Shown: in pieces, positions 10,801-17,496 of the stretch
How positions within the stretch are numbered: position 1 is the first letter of the stretch
How the letters are laid out: each line of letters begins with the position of its first letter
Assembly (NCBI GenBank): GCA_036271275.1
Contig: DATBAX010000355.1
Coordinates: 5,840-69,839, forward strand
Reading direction: 5' to 3'
Length of the DNA: 64,000 nt
DNA from: Terriglobales bacterium
GTDB taxonomy: Bacteria > Acidobacteriota > Terriglobia > Terriglobales > Acidobacteriaceae
The notes under the pieces: model-generated
Database searches by the model: none
What the model saw: the letters and a program-made list of their open reading frames with translations, nothing else
What the model was told of the DNA's origin: nothing
Position numbers and translations under genes: made by a program

Positions 10801-11100
10801 CACGGTGGCCGTGAGCACAACGATGCCGGAACGCGTCTCAGACTCAAAACCATCTTTCTCAACCTTCAACTGGTAGTGACCCGGAAGCAGGAGCGGGAAA
10901 GAGTAGTAACCTTCGCTGCCGGAAACGTTCTCCCGCTGATCGCCGCTTTCCACGCGCGTAAGCGTGACTCTAGCCCCGGCAATCACGGCCTGGCTGGTAT
11001 CGACGATCTGCCCTGAGACCTGTGTACTTTGCGCATGCAGCGCGACAGCCGTCGTCATCGCAACCCAGATGAATAGTAAGAAACGCCCCAACATTTTCAT
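7804..11100 (-). CDS. TonB-dependent receptor with N-terminal carboxypeptidase-regulatory-like domain
   Basis: ORF 7804..11154. Start moved to the ATG at 11100 (MKMLGRFLLFIWVAMTTAVALHAQ signal peptide) because the upstream GTG lies inside a terminator hairpin. The N-terminal domain reads VSGQIVDTSQAVIAGARVTLT..GYYSFPLLLPGHYQLKVEKDGF. A long beta-barrel ends in the terminal F (ALHLTF). Confidence 0.9.
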   Translation of the reverse strand: MKMLGRFLLFIWVAMTTAVALHAQSTQVSGQIVDTSQAVIAGARVTLTRVESGDQRENVSGSEGYYSFPLLLPGHYQLKVEKDGFESETRSGIVVLTATVSNVDVVLKVGSEQQTVNVDASVPLLQTETSAIANVVDNASITDLPLIDRRSQQLQKLNGFVVQTNSGANASFAIGGGRSDNANYFIDGGNAQNLLLGVPTPGFDPPVESVQEFSVAISNYAAELGRSGGGVIQMSTRSGTNSFHGSAYEYLRNDALQAVPDFVKKNPTLRYNLFGASLGGPIKKNRTQFFFNYEGRRQTIANPLSLTVPTAQELTGDFNGIIDPQTGVQVLVKDPSTGVAFAGNQIPTGRIDAVGLNLASFYPHITGITPTAQYVVNDPATTGVDVYVARIDHVFGDKDRIFGRLLGQTDHTLTASVFPTAGTDPYGSLLKEYNYNVSGTWFHNFAANKINELRLTYTRRQYLFNSAGAHTDLDGQIGLNTFDNNYFPTVNVAGLQTFGAPYQGLAQTPAVNNSYVDNFSWVRGAHQIKFGGEVRTSYMNSTYPLYAGGVFSFNNNGTSTNTAAGSLVNLLLGNVYTGSINDFDTIHSIADSYAAFIQDDWKVTSHLTLNLGLRWDIDSPRKTNPNEQNSFDATAINPVSGTPGIVTFSGINGTSVYANQWDLNNFGPRIGFAWSPRDSWVVRGGFGVLYTGEYASGTPQEGNLGYGTSGTATGVYNANTGILTPAFQLSSIPEFWTTPTTADLTPGFGAAAPGQPAHTVVTYWDQNHVNGYIYQSSFDIQRELSNNLILDIGYLGTFAHSMPVYSYGSGGYSINQVPDTDLAQLAANPAIAQSLRPFPQYQNVQILDPNIGASKYNGVNVGIQKRYSHGLQLQANYTYSKFEDNAESYIELAGYPGDNTFTDYYNPNSRWGLSGNDIRHRLIVSGVYELPFGRGKRFAPGSPILEQVIGGWSFGTIAELHTGTPLSPLDAVNNTGSFSDGVRPNLVGDPVVSTGQRSAAKWFNTAVFQQNPAYTFGDAPRTFGTGPGTAQVDASLLKNFRLHESTNLQFRAEALNVLNHGNWANPNTLFGNPLFGRVTGLQSGNQSRIIQVALHLTF

Positions 11101-11345
11101 GAATGCTTCCCCTTTAACTTTTTCGAAATCCGATTCAAAACACAAAAAGCCCACGGTTATTGCTCGTGGGCTCCGGAATTCTTAGAACTTGGCTACCGCA
11201 ACTTGCTCAACGCCGTTCCCAGACTCGGCCCACAGACACTAGCGCCGACAACGCGCGCTAGCTCTGGAACCACAACGAAGTCGAATGCAGCCGGGGATGG
11301 GCATAATTGGTTTCGCCTGCGCACATGCAACGCGGCTGAACTTGA
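11101..11345 (-). promoter_or_regulatory. candidate structured 5' leader (riboswitch/attenuator) or independent sRNA
   Basis: GC-rich, non-coding stretch of about 245 nt between the predicted promoter and the receptor ATG. It contains an internal hairpin (CTAGCGC..GCGCTAG, 11239-11261). A GTGGGC segment could pair with the terminator 5' arm GCCCAC, which would give an antiterminator option. Confidence 0.5.
11137..11172 (-). terminator. intrinsic terminator/attenuator inside the 5' leader of the TonB-dependent receptor gene
   Basis: Minus-strand RNA reads AGCCCACG-AGCAATAAC-CGTGGGCT followed by TTTTGTGTTTTG. This is an 8-bp GC-rich stem, a 9-nt loop and a U-tract that ends 37 nt before the ATG at 11100. 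Confidence 0.75.
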
Positions 11346-11347
11346 AT

Positions 11348-11372
11348 ATGGACAATATCCAAGTATGTCCAT
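11348..11372. promoter_or_regulatory. operator-like palindrome ATGGACA-N11-TGTCCAT overlapping the promoter spacer and -10
   Basis: Perfect 7-bp inverted arms at 11348-11354 and 11366-11372. Confidence 0.45.
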
Positions 11373-11380
11373 TAAGTCAA
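11352..11380 (-). promoter_or_regulatory. sigma70-like promoter, TTGACT-17 nt-TATTGT
   Basis: Minus-strand sequence is tctaTTGACTtaatggacatacttggaTATTGTccat. The -35 is at 11375-11380 and the -10 at 11352-11357, with a 17-nt spacer. It sits in the only AT-rich stretch upstream of the receptor gene. Confidence 0.55.
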
Positions 11381-11517
11381 TAGACTTTTCGATAATTATT
11401 TAAAACTTCACGATTCAAACTTTGAATTCAGGGAAAGTTGCAGACTTTTGCAGCAGCAATATTCGTGAGAGGCAATTAATTGAAATTTTCTTGCATCAGA
11501 AACGTGTGGTCGTCGCT

Positions 11518-12372
11518 TCAATTCGTGCTGGGGGCGTTTCCATGCGGAAGTATTAGGGTACCTATGATGTGATTGACCTGTTGTGCCCGGGGATCACCAG
11601 GATCCTGCTGAAGAAAAGCGCGAAATTCTTCCCCGGCCTCCTGGCTGCGTCCCAGACGCAACAACACATTTCCGCGAACCAGATGAGTGTCAGGAAAGTT
11701 AACAGGTTCTGAATCCAGTTCACGTAGTGCGAGAACAAATTCGCCCTGGCCGTAAAGGCTCTTGGCAAGTTCCAGCCGTCCTTGCCAGGATCCAGGGCTA
11801 AGACGGAGCGCCTGCCGCACGGCTTCCTCGGCTTTCTGAAACTCTTTCAGGGAGTTGTATGACATTGCCAGCGCTATGAAAGATTCTGCATCACCTGGAT
11901 CGAGAGCCATGGCACGGCGAGAATCCTCAGCCGCTCCGCGCAGATCTTTTGCTGCCAGCCTAATAAAGGCACGCATCGAAAATGCCTGCGCGCAGCCAGG
12001 GTCTGTGCGCAAAGCGACGCCGATATGTCTCAACGCTTCATCGACATTCATTTTGCTGAATTCTTTATGGGCGGCATCCAAATGTTTTCGCGCCTTGGCT
12101 GAAATGCCGAGTGTCTTCGCGGAAACGGTGTAGTTCTCTGAAGTAGCCGGGGCAGCGGCGGGAATGGAAGGCTGATTTGATATTCCAGTATCGGGAATCT
12201 GTGCTACTGCATCGGAGAACGGCAGGAAAAGAATAACGAACAGGGAAAGCTTAAGCGCTATGTTTCCCAGTAAAAGTCTATTAAGATGATTTAGATTTTG
12301 GTGATACCGCAAAAAGTCGTCAATATGTAGTGCATGGCTGATACGGCTATGGCAGCCTTGCGTCTTCACCAA
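11518..12372 (-). CDS. TPR-repeat protein, secreted/anchored
   Basis: 284-aa ORF with a hydrophobic N-terminal segment (LKLSLFVILFLPFSDAVAQ). The C-terminal two-thirds shows a 34-aa TPR-like periodicity (AxxxxxxALxxxP..). The start is uncertain: GTG at 12372 or an internal TTG. Confidence 0.65.
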   Translation of the reverse strand: MVKTQGCHSRISHALHIDDFLRYHQNLNHLNRLLLGNIALKLSLFVILFLPFSDAVAQIPDTGISNQPSIPAAAPATSENYTVSAKTLGISAKARKHLDAAHKEFSKMNVDEALRHIGVALRTDPGCAQAFSMRAFIRLAAKDLRGAAEDSRRAMALDPGDAESFIALAMSYNSLKEFQKAEEAVRQALRLSPGSWQGRLELAKSLYGQGEFVLALRELDSEPVNFPDTHLVRGNVLLRLGRSQEAGEEFRAFLQQDPGDPRAQQVNHIIGTLILPHGNAPSTN

Positions 12373-12576
12373 TCAGCCTCAGAAATATTTGCCCAGTCGT
12401 CGTAGAGAACGGCCCCCGTGATCAACGGCGAGTGTAGCACGAGATATCTGCAGGTGGAAGGCTATGATTGAGAAGTAATTCCCCGATATTTGCTCAGACT
12501 TGTTCTTTTAATGCCGCCGCATATCAAGAGTGCAAGCTATCCATCTCGAGAAAGCAATTGAGCACAATATCCATGG

Positions 12577-12860
12577 GTGCTGATTCTCTTCTTTTCGATT
12601 CCCGTGATCGCACAGGAGAAGACGCCGCTCGCCGCGAATGATCAGGAGCATTTTCCTCGGATGTCAGGAACTGTCGTTGATACGTCTGGCGCGGTGATCG
12701 CCGGGGCCACTTTGCAGCTTCGAAGCGTGAACGGCGCTACACAAGAAACTGTTCGGTCGAACAGGAATGGCTTCTTCATTATTTCTGGACGCTCGCCGGG
12801 CACTTATCGACTGCTCGTATATCATCCCGGTTTCGAGACCAAAGGCATTCCATCAACATC
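12577..12860 (+). pseudogene. remnant: N-terminal carboxypeptidase-regulatory-like domain of a TonB-receptor-type protein
   Basis: The first ~95 aa of ORF 12577..13269 (SGTVVDTSGAVIAGATLQLRSVNG..NGFFIISGRSPGTYRLLVYHPGFE) match the N-terminal domain of the receptor at 7804-11100. After ~12860 the frame runs antisense to another gene remnant and loses all similarity. Confidence 0.55.
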
Positions 12861-12864
12861 GAAG

Positions 12865-13116
12865 CTACCGAGTGCCGTCCGGCGACGTGTTTTCCAATCC
12901 ATGCACGCAGTACGTCCAGAAATTGTGGTATTTGCGCTGTTCACCGTCGGTAATGACGGGCGAACCGGTCGCTTCGAATTGCTCGATCGTATCCTTGATC
13001 GCCGCCTCATAAAGAGAATCGAGCGCGGGATCCTCGAACGATCCGGCTGCGGCGATCGCCTCGATCAATTTCAGCGGTCGCGGGATGCTTCCAATCGGCT
13101 CAGTCGGTATTCTCAT
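12865..13116 (-). pseudogene. remnant: N-terminal ~80 aa of a cobalamin-independent methionine-synthase-like (MetE/UROD-fold) protein
   Basis: The 83-aa ORF MRIPTEPIGSIPRPLKLIEAIAAAG..YEAAIKDTIEQFEATGSPVITDGEQRKYHNFWTYCVHGLEN resembles the N-terminus of ~370-aa MetE-like proteins. The rest of the gene is absent. Confidence 0.55.
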
Positions 13117-13308
13117 GGTTTTGGTTGGCAGTTTCGGTTTTCGTGTTCATTTAATACGATCCTGATTCACAAGGCCCAAACCGTCGAAGCGGTTATACCG
13201 AACGCCGAGAAAGAGATCAATCATCCATATGGATTGTCCGATATCGAACAGTTTCCGGGAGAATGCTAGGCTTCCCACATTCGACGCAATACCCTGGCAC
13301 CTCCCCCT

Positions 13309-13431
13309 TCACTTGTCACGTTTGCGGGAAGCCTTCTTTTTCGCGGCTCGGGATTTTCGGGCCTTAACGGCTTCGGCCTTGGCATCGGTGATGGGAATAG
13401 TTTTATAGTTCGTCTTTTTCGTCGCCATCAT
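13309..13431 (-). CDS. possible 40-aa Lys/Ala-rich basic peptide
   Basis: Below the ORF-track cutoff. Translation is MMATKKTNYKTIPITDAKAEAVKARKSRAAKKKASRKRDK. There is no clear Shine-Dalgarno sequence. Confidence 0.25.
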   Translation of the reverse strand: MMATKKTNYKTIPITDAKAEAVKARKSRAAKKKASRKRDK

Positions 13432-13669
13432 CCGGGAAATTTTAAATATCTCTGGATTGCCGGCAATACAGTAAATCAATTAAGAAGAAGGCTTAACGCT
13501 CTAAATAACCATCGAACGCTTCTATCGTCCGGTCACGAGCCATAAAAACGCCGCGGCCCATCAGGAAATTTCGCTGCCGAAAACTTCGGCCAACCCGTAC
13601 GTCCCTTGACGAATCCGAGACCAGTCAAACAAGCTTGAAGTCGCAACTCGATATTCAGGAGCTTCTCTC

Positions 13670-13933
13670 ATGACCGAACAAACCCCTGCGCCAGACCATG
13701 CCACCGTTACCCTTGCTGGAACCGTCGACAAGATTGTCCACACGCCGGGAATGCCCGACAAAGCCCAAATCACCGTCGAAAAGGCCGATCACCTATATCA
13801 GGAAATTCGGATCGAGAATGTCCTGCACACGGACCAGGGCGACACGGTCTCGCTGAAGCCGGGGGCGGATGTGGATGTCACGATCGCCGCCCCTGAAGAG
13901 AGCGTCGTTGTGCAGGGCGAGGATGAAGGTTAA
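13670..13933 (+). CDS. hypothetical small protein (87 aa)
   Basis: Clean ORF with an AGGAG 8 nt upstream of the ATG. Acidic composition. No family recognised. Confidence 0.55.
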   Translation: MTEQTPAPDHATVTLAGTVDKIVHTPGMPDKAQITVEKADHLYQEIRIENVLHTDQGDTVSLKPGADVDVTIAAPEESVVVQGEDEG

Positions 13934-14148
13934 GGACCGGGTTTCGTGTCGGCACCGGCGTCGATATCAGCGAGCCGGCGCCGCAATTCTGCGATCCGTT
14001 CGCGGGTTTCCCGCTGCTTAGTGGTCTCTTTGGTATTCGGGGCTCCCGCAGACGCAGCATCTGACGCGTCATTCAGCTGTTCGCGTGAGAGTTTACGGAT
14101 CTCGTCCTCTGTTTTCGAACGTTCTTGCTCCCGCTTCCGATCGCTCAT
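13930..14148 (-). CDS. hypothetical small charged protein (72 aa), paralog of 14759..14950
   Basis: Starts MSD and contains LSREQL and ERIAELRRRLADI. It lies 3 nt downstream of the DUF2231 gene on the same strand. Confidence 0.5.
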   Translation of the reverse strand: MSDRKREQERSKTEDEIRKLSREQLNDASDAASAGAPNTKETTKQRETRERIAELRRRLADIDAGADTKPGP

Positions 14149-14151
14149 CGT

Positions 14152-14676
14152 CTACGCAATCCTCTTCGCGGACGCTTTTCCGGTTCGTGGAATTTCGGCG
14201 GCCCTCGGGATCGATAGTGAACTCGCTGCATTCAGGTGCGCGCCATCGTCAACGCCCACGCCGAGCCGATCCGCCAGTTCGCCGCCCAGCCAGGCTCCCA
14301 CGAGCGAGAAGGTGACGCCAACAAAAGAAAACGCGAAGGCGACCGTCCCCGGGGCTTCAGGGCCACCACGGCGCAAGAACCAGCTGATCGCGAACAATAT
14401 AAGGACGGCGCTGTTGGCCAGCGCATGTCGCAGTCCGACGGCATTGGCGCGCGTGCCCGACGGAATCGCCAGCCAGTCGATCAGGCCAAAGACGGCCGCA
14501 ACCAACCCACTCAGCACGCCTACCGCGATCATCCAAAAGGCGGCATGAAACCAAAAAGGGTGAGCTTTCCACAGACCCACAACATCGAATAGTGCTGCGG
14601 TAGCGAGGAGCCCAAGCGGGAAGGCCACCAGCATCTTATGAATTGAATGTCCGAGGAACTTCGCTTTGCTTTCCAT
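14152..14676 (-). CDS. DUF2231 domain membrane protein
   Basis: ORF 14152..14685 with the start taken at MESKAKFLGHSIHKMLVAFPLGLL (GH..H..LV.FP.GLL motif). Four predicted TM helices. Confidence 0.8.
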   Translation of the reverse strand: MESKAKFLGHSIHKMLVAFPLGLLATAALFDVVGLWKAHPFWFHAAFWMIAVGVLSGLVAAVFGLIDWLAIPSGTRANAVGLRHALANSAVLILFAISWFLRRGGPEAPGTVAFAFSFVGVTFSLVGAWLGGELADRLGVGVDDGAHLNAASSLSIPRAAEIPRTGKASAKRIA

Positions 14677-14758
14677 TTTGCACATCCCCTTTGCCCCGCT
14701 TCGATGGCAGAAGCTTCGCCCCAGGTTGCCGGGGTGAGGCCCTCAGGAATTCAACTTT

Positions 14759-14950
14759 TTAGGCGAAATATTCGATGGTTGGGCCAATTTCGGCCAGCCG
14801 AGCACGGAGCAGGGCGATCCGTTTCACACGCTCGTCATAGGCGGCGGATTCCGTCTTGTCCCACCCCAGGAACGTGGCATCTTTGACAGCTTTGAGCTGT
14901 TGTCTTGACAGTTCGCTGAGTTCGGCCTGAATTTTTTCCTGGTCCGACAT
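14759..14950 (-). CDS. hypothetical small protein (63 aa), paralog of 13930..14148
   Basis: Internal start MSDQEKIQAELSELSRQQL...KRIALLRARLAEI within ORF 14759..14992. Confidence 0.5.
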   Translation of the reverse strand: MSDQEKIQAELSELSRQQLKAVKDATFLGWDKTESAAYDERVKRIALLRARLAEIGPTIEYFA

Positions 14951-15131
14951 GCGAAGCAAGACTACAGACTCAAAGGTTGTAGAACTGAGCACAATCGACC
15001 ACTTTGTAGATTTCGAAACGTAAACACAATTCCCTCGCCATCAGTGCGTGGAACGCGAACAATAATAAACCCCGTCATTCTTCACAGCATCTGAGAACCC
15101 GCAGTAGATTTTGGAGCAAAGGAGAAATACA

Positions 15132-15713
15132 GTGGCGGAAAAAGGCTTGAAAGAACTCTATATCGATGAACTCAAAGACCTCTACAACGCGGAAAACCAA
15201 TTGCTCAAGGCACTGCCGAAAATGGCGAAAGCGGCGACCTCGGAAGAATTGAGCGCCGGTTTCGAGGAACATCTGGAACAGACAAAGGGTCATGTCCAAC
15301 GCCTGGAGGATATCTTCAAGCAATTGGGTGAAAGCTCCAAGGGCAAGAAGTGCAAGGGGATGGAAGGCCTGATCGAAGAAGGCGCAGAAGCGATCGAGGA
15401 ATATGATGGCGAACTGCTCGATGCGGCCCTCATCGGTGCAGCACAGCGCGTCGAACATTATGAAATGGCGGGTTACGGAACAGTGATTGCATTCGCCGAA
15501 GAACTCGGCGAGTCCGAGCACATCGAACTCCTCAATCAGACGCTTGAAGAGGAAAAACAAACGGACGAAAAACTCACTGATTTGTCTGGCGATATCAATG
15601 CCCAGGCGAATCAGAACGAGGAAGATGCTGAAGGCGAGGAGGCCGAGGCGTCTGAGCCCGGCAAGCGCGACGCAACGAAAAGCAACAATAAGAAGTCGCG
15701 CAGCGCTGCCTGA
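15132..15713 (+). CDS. DUF892/YciE-YciF ferritin-like stress protein
   Basis: GTG start 7 nt after AAGGAG. Translation is (V)AEKGLKELYIDELKDLYNAENQLLKALPKMAKAA..EEHLEQTKGHVQRLE, followed by an acidic tail. Confidence 0.85.
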   Translation: MAEKGLKELYIDELKDLYNAENQLLKALPKMAKAATSEELSAGFEEHLEQTKGHVQRLEDIFKQLGESSKGKKCKGMEGLIEEGAEAIEEYDGELLDAALIGAAQRVEHYEMAGYGTVIAFAEELGESEHIELLNQTLEEEKQTDEKLTDLSGDINAQANQNEEDAEGEEAEASEPGKRDATKSNNKKSRSAA

Positions 15714-15738
15714 AGCACTCTAATCAAAGTTGAGAACC

Positions 15739-15778
15739 ACGGCGTCAATCCGAAAGGGTCGACGCCGTTTTAGTTTCC
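15739..15778. terminator. intrinsic terminator between convergent genes
   Basis: ACGGCGTC-14 nt-GACGCCGT followed by TTTTAGTTT on the + strand. Located between the DUF892 gene end (15713) and the minus-strand gene end (15850). Confidence 0.7.
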
Positions 15779-15849
15779 CGTAGCCAAGTTTGGGAGAAAA
15801 AATCGCCGGGCGGAGAGCCCGGCGAAATGGTCGTGCCAATGAAACTCGG

Positions 15850-16404
15850 CTACGCGACTTCGCGATCAGAGCGTTTGCCGTCCGACTTGGCTTCACCGGT
15901 CGACGAGACATCCTGAGCGCCCGTGGCTTCCAGTATCTTCTTAGCTTTCGAAGTCCACTCCGCGCCGTCCGAATGAACCGAGAGAAGGATGCCGCCATCC
16001 TTGACGCGGCCTTCGTAGCGCTTCGCTTCGTACTCCGGAATTCCCATCCCGATCAGCGCGCCCGTAATCCCGCCGATGGCGCCGCCGACACCGACGCCGG
16101 CAAGGGCCGCCATGATCGGGCCGGCCGCAATGAAAGGCCCGAGCCCAGGAATGGCAAGTGCGCCGATGCCCACCAGCCAGCCGAGACCGCCGCCCAGCAC
16201 CGCCCCGGTTCCCGCACCGGTTGTGGCGCCTTCAGGTGCCTTGGTTCCTTTTTCGTGGGCGAATGCCTTCGTGCCCTGGTTGTCAGAGAAGAGCACGGAG
16301 ACATCGGTGTACCGAAATCCTGCCGCCTCAAGAGCATCAACGCCGGACTCGACGCCGAGCTGAGTCTCGTAGATGCCAAATACCGCTGTATTTTTTCCCG
16401 CCAT
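15850..16404 (-). CDS. general stress protein, YflT-like N-terminal domain plus Gly-zipper membrane segment
   Basis: 184 aa. Contains AVFGIY..GVDALEAAGF..DVSVL, a G/A-rich hydrophobic core, and GIPEYEAKRYEGRVKDGGILLSVH. Confidence 0.7.
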   Translation of the reverse strand: MAGKNTAVFGIYETQLGVESGVDALEAAGFRYTDVSVLFSDNQGTKAFAHEKGTKAPEGATTGAGTGAVLGGGLGWLVGIGALAIPGLGPFIAAGPIMAALAGVGVGGAIGGITGALIGMGIPEYEAKRYEGRVKDGGILLSVHSDGAEWTSKAKKILEATGAQDVSSTGEAKSDGKRSDREVA

Positions 16405-16434
16405 GACGATCTCCTTTATATAGTTTAATGGTGT

Positions 16435-16830
16435 TCAATTCTTCGCTTTGACGTCGAGATTGCTCGTAACATTGCTGTCACCCGCGATTTCGGCAGCCTT
16501 TGCCTCCACAGCTTTTTTTTCATCCTCAGAACGCACCGGCCCTTTCAGCGTGACCATTCCGTTTCGAGTGATGATTTTGACGTTGTGAGCATAGGTTGAA
16601 AGTGTCTTGTCCTGAATTAAAGATTGCCGGATCTTCTGGGTTGTGGCGCGGTCAGCGGAAACATTTTTCTGCTGATCGGCCGTCGGCTCCGAAGCATTTT
16701 TGTCTCGCTGATTGATCTTCGTATTATCAGGCGCCGGGGTATTGTCCTGCGCCGCTAGAGATGGTGAACAAGTCATAAGCGCGCTCAGCACTACAATTCC
16801 GAATGCTCCTACGTAAGACCGATTTTGCAT
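16435..16830 (-). CDS. BON domain protein, secreted
   Basis: Signal peptide followed by VKIITRNGMVTLKGPVRSEDEKKAVEAKAAEIAG. AGGAGG lies 6 nt upstream of the ATG. 30 nt upstream of the YflT-like gene, so probably co-transcribed. Confidence 0.85.
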   Translation of the reverse strand: MQNRSYVGAFGIVVLSALMTCSPSLAAQDNTPAPDNTKINQRDKNASEPTADQQKNVSADRATTQKIRQSLIQDKTLSTYAHNVKIITRNGMVTLKGPVRSEDEKKAVEAKAAEIAGDSNVTSNLDVKAKN

Positions 16831-17156
16831 TTTACGATCCTCCTAATGATTACAGATCAGACTCTGTAATATTCGCTCGGATATCTTATTGTGGCCGCGC
16901 CGACCTCTCAATCGGGTCGAGGCCCTAGCGCCGCTTCGTGAATCCAGTAGGCACTCGCAATCCGTCGGAAATTGAGATAGGCAACTTGGTCTTGACTCCG
17001 CCAACGTGAATTCGGTGCCAACTCGAAAAAACGAAACCCGCAACATCCCCATCTCGTGCGCGTTCTCCTGATTATCTGTGCTGGAACCGCCCCTCAATCC
17101 GATGCAACCGGCAAGCTCGACTTGCATCCAAGCGCTTTATTGGAGGAAACAGAGAA

Positions 17157-17387
17157 ATGAAACAGAACACGGCAGGCCCAGAGTTGCGGAATCAGACCGA
17201 ATCGCAAAGCGACGGCTTTGGCGAGGCAGCTGGCGCAACCGCGGGGCATGAGAATACTGGCGATCGCAACGGCGATTTCACGGATCAGGACAAGGCAATC
17301 CGCGAGCGCCCTATCAACTTTATGAAGGAAGCAACCATCAGGATGGCAACGCGGATGAACACTGACTTCAGGCTGAACGTGAGCTAA
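17157..17387 (+). CDS. hypothetical small protein (76 aa)
   Basis: GGAGG lies 9 nt upstream of the ATG. Low-complexity and acidic, with no recognisable family. May be the first gene of the Mn-catalase transcription unit. Confidence 0.35.
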   Translation: MKQNTAGPELRNQTESQSDGFGEAAGATAGHENTGDRNGDFTDQDKAIRERPINFMKEATIRMATRMNTDFRLNVS

Positions 17388-17496
17388 GAAGCGGAAGAAG
17401 GTAAATGAGGGCGGCCACAGCGCGCAGGCCGTGTGCTTGTTTTGAACACCGAAGACAGTAGCAAATACATAAACGAAAAGGTAAAGGAGCGTCATC

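Noticed and set aside
11173-11345. Known riboswitch class (cobalamin, TPP) in the receptor leader
   Set aside because: No B12-box, GCCACTG or TPP CUGAGA/ACCUGA cores were seen. It is kept only as an unclassified structured leader.
11203-11403. 66-aa + strand ORF in the receptor upstream region
   Set aside because: It lies opposite to the predicted promoter and leader, has no RBS, and crosses the AT-rich promoter. The region is better explained as a minus-strand leader.
12861-13269. C-terminal two-thirds of the 230-aa + strand ORF 12577..13269
   Set aside because: It runs antisense to the MetE-like remnant and its upstream region. Composition is Arg/Ser-rich and unlike the N-terminal domain. 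It is treated as read-through after a deletion junction, not as coding sequence.
13117-13308. Possible cobalamin or SAM riboswitch upstream of the MetE-like remnant
   Set aside because: The minus-strand leader contains GGTGCC, GGGAAGCC and ACTGT fragments reminiscent of cobalamin elements. However, the GCCACTG core and B12-box are not present in the right arrangement. It cannot be supported without a covariance-model search.
15048-15080. ECF/general-stress-type promoter GGAAC-N17/18-CGTC upstream of the DUF892 gene
   Set aside because: It is a single occurrence. I could not find the same motif upstream of the other stress genes, so it is not reported as a feature.
15075-15560. 161-aa minus-strand ORF
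   Set aside because: It mirrors the DUF892 gene (E/L/F-rich reverse-complement composition) and has no independent signals. Shadow ORF.
15790-16428. 212-aa + strand ORF, plus smaller ORFs at 16053-16406
   Set aside because: They are antisense to or out of frame with the YflT-like gene. Arg/Pro/Ala-rich composition is typical of wrong-frame GC-rich sequence.
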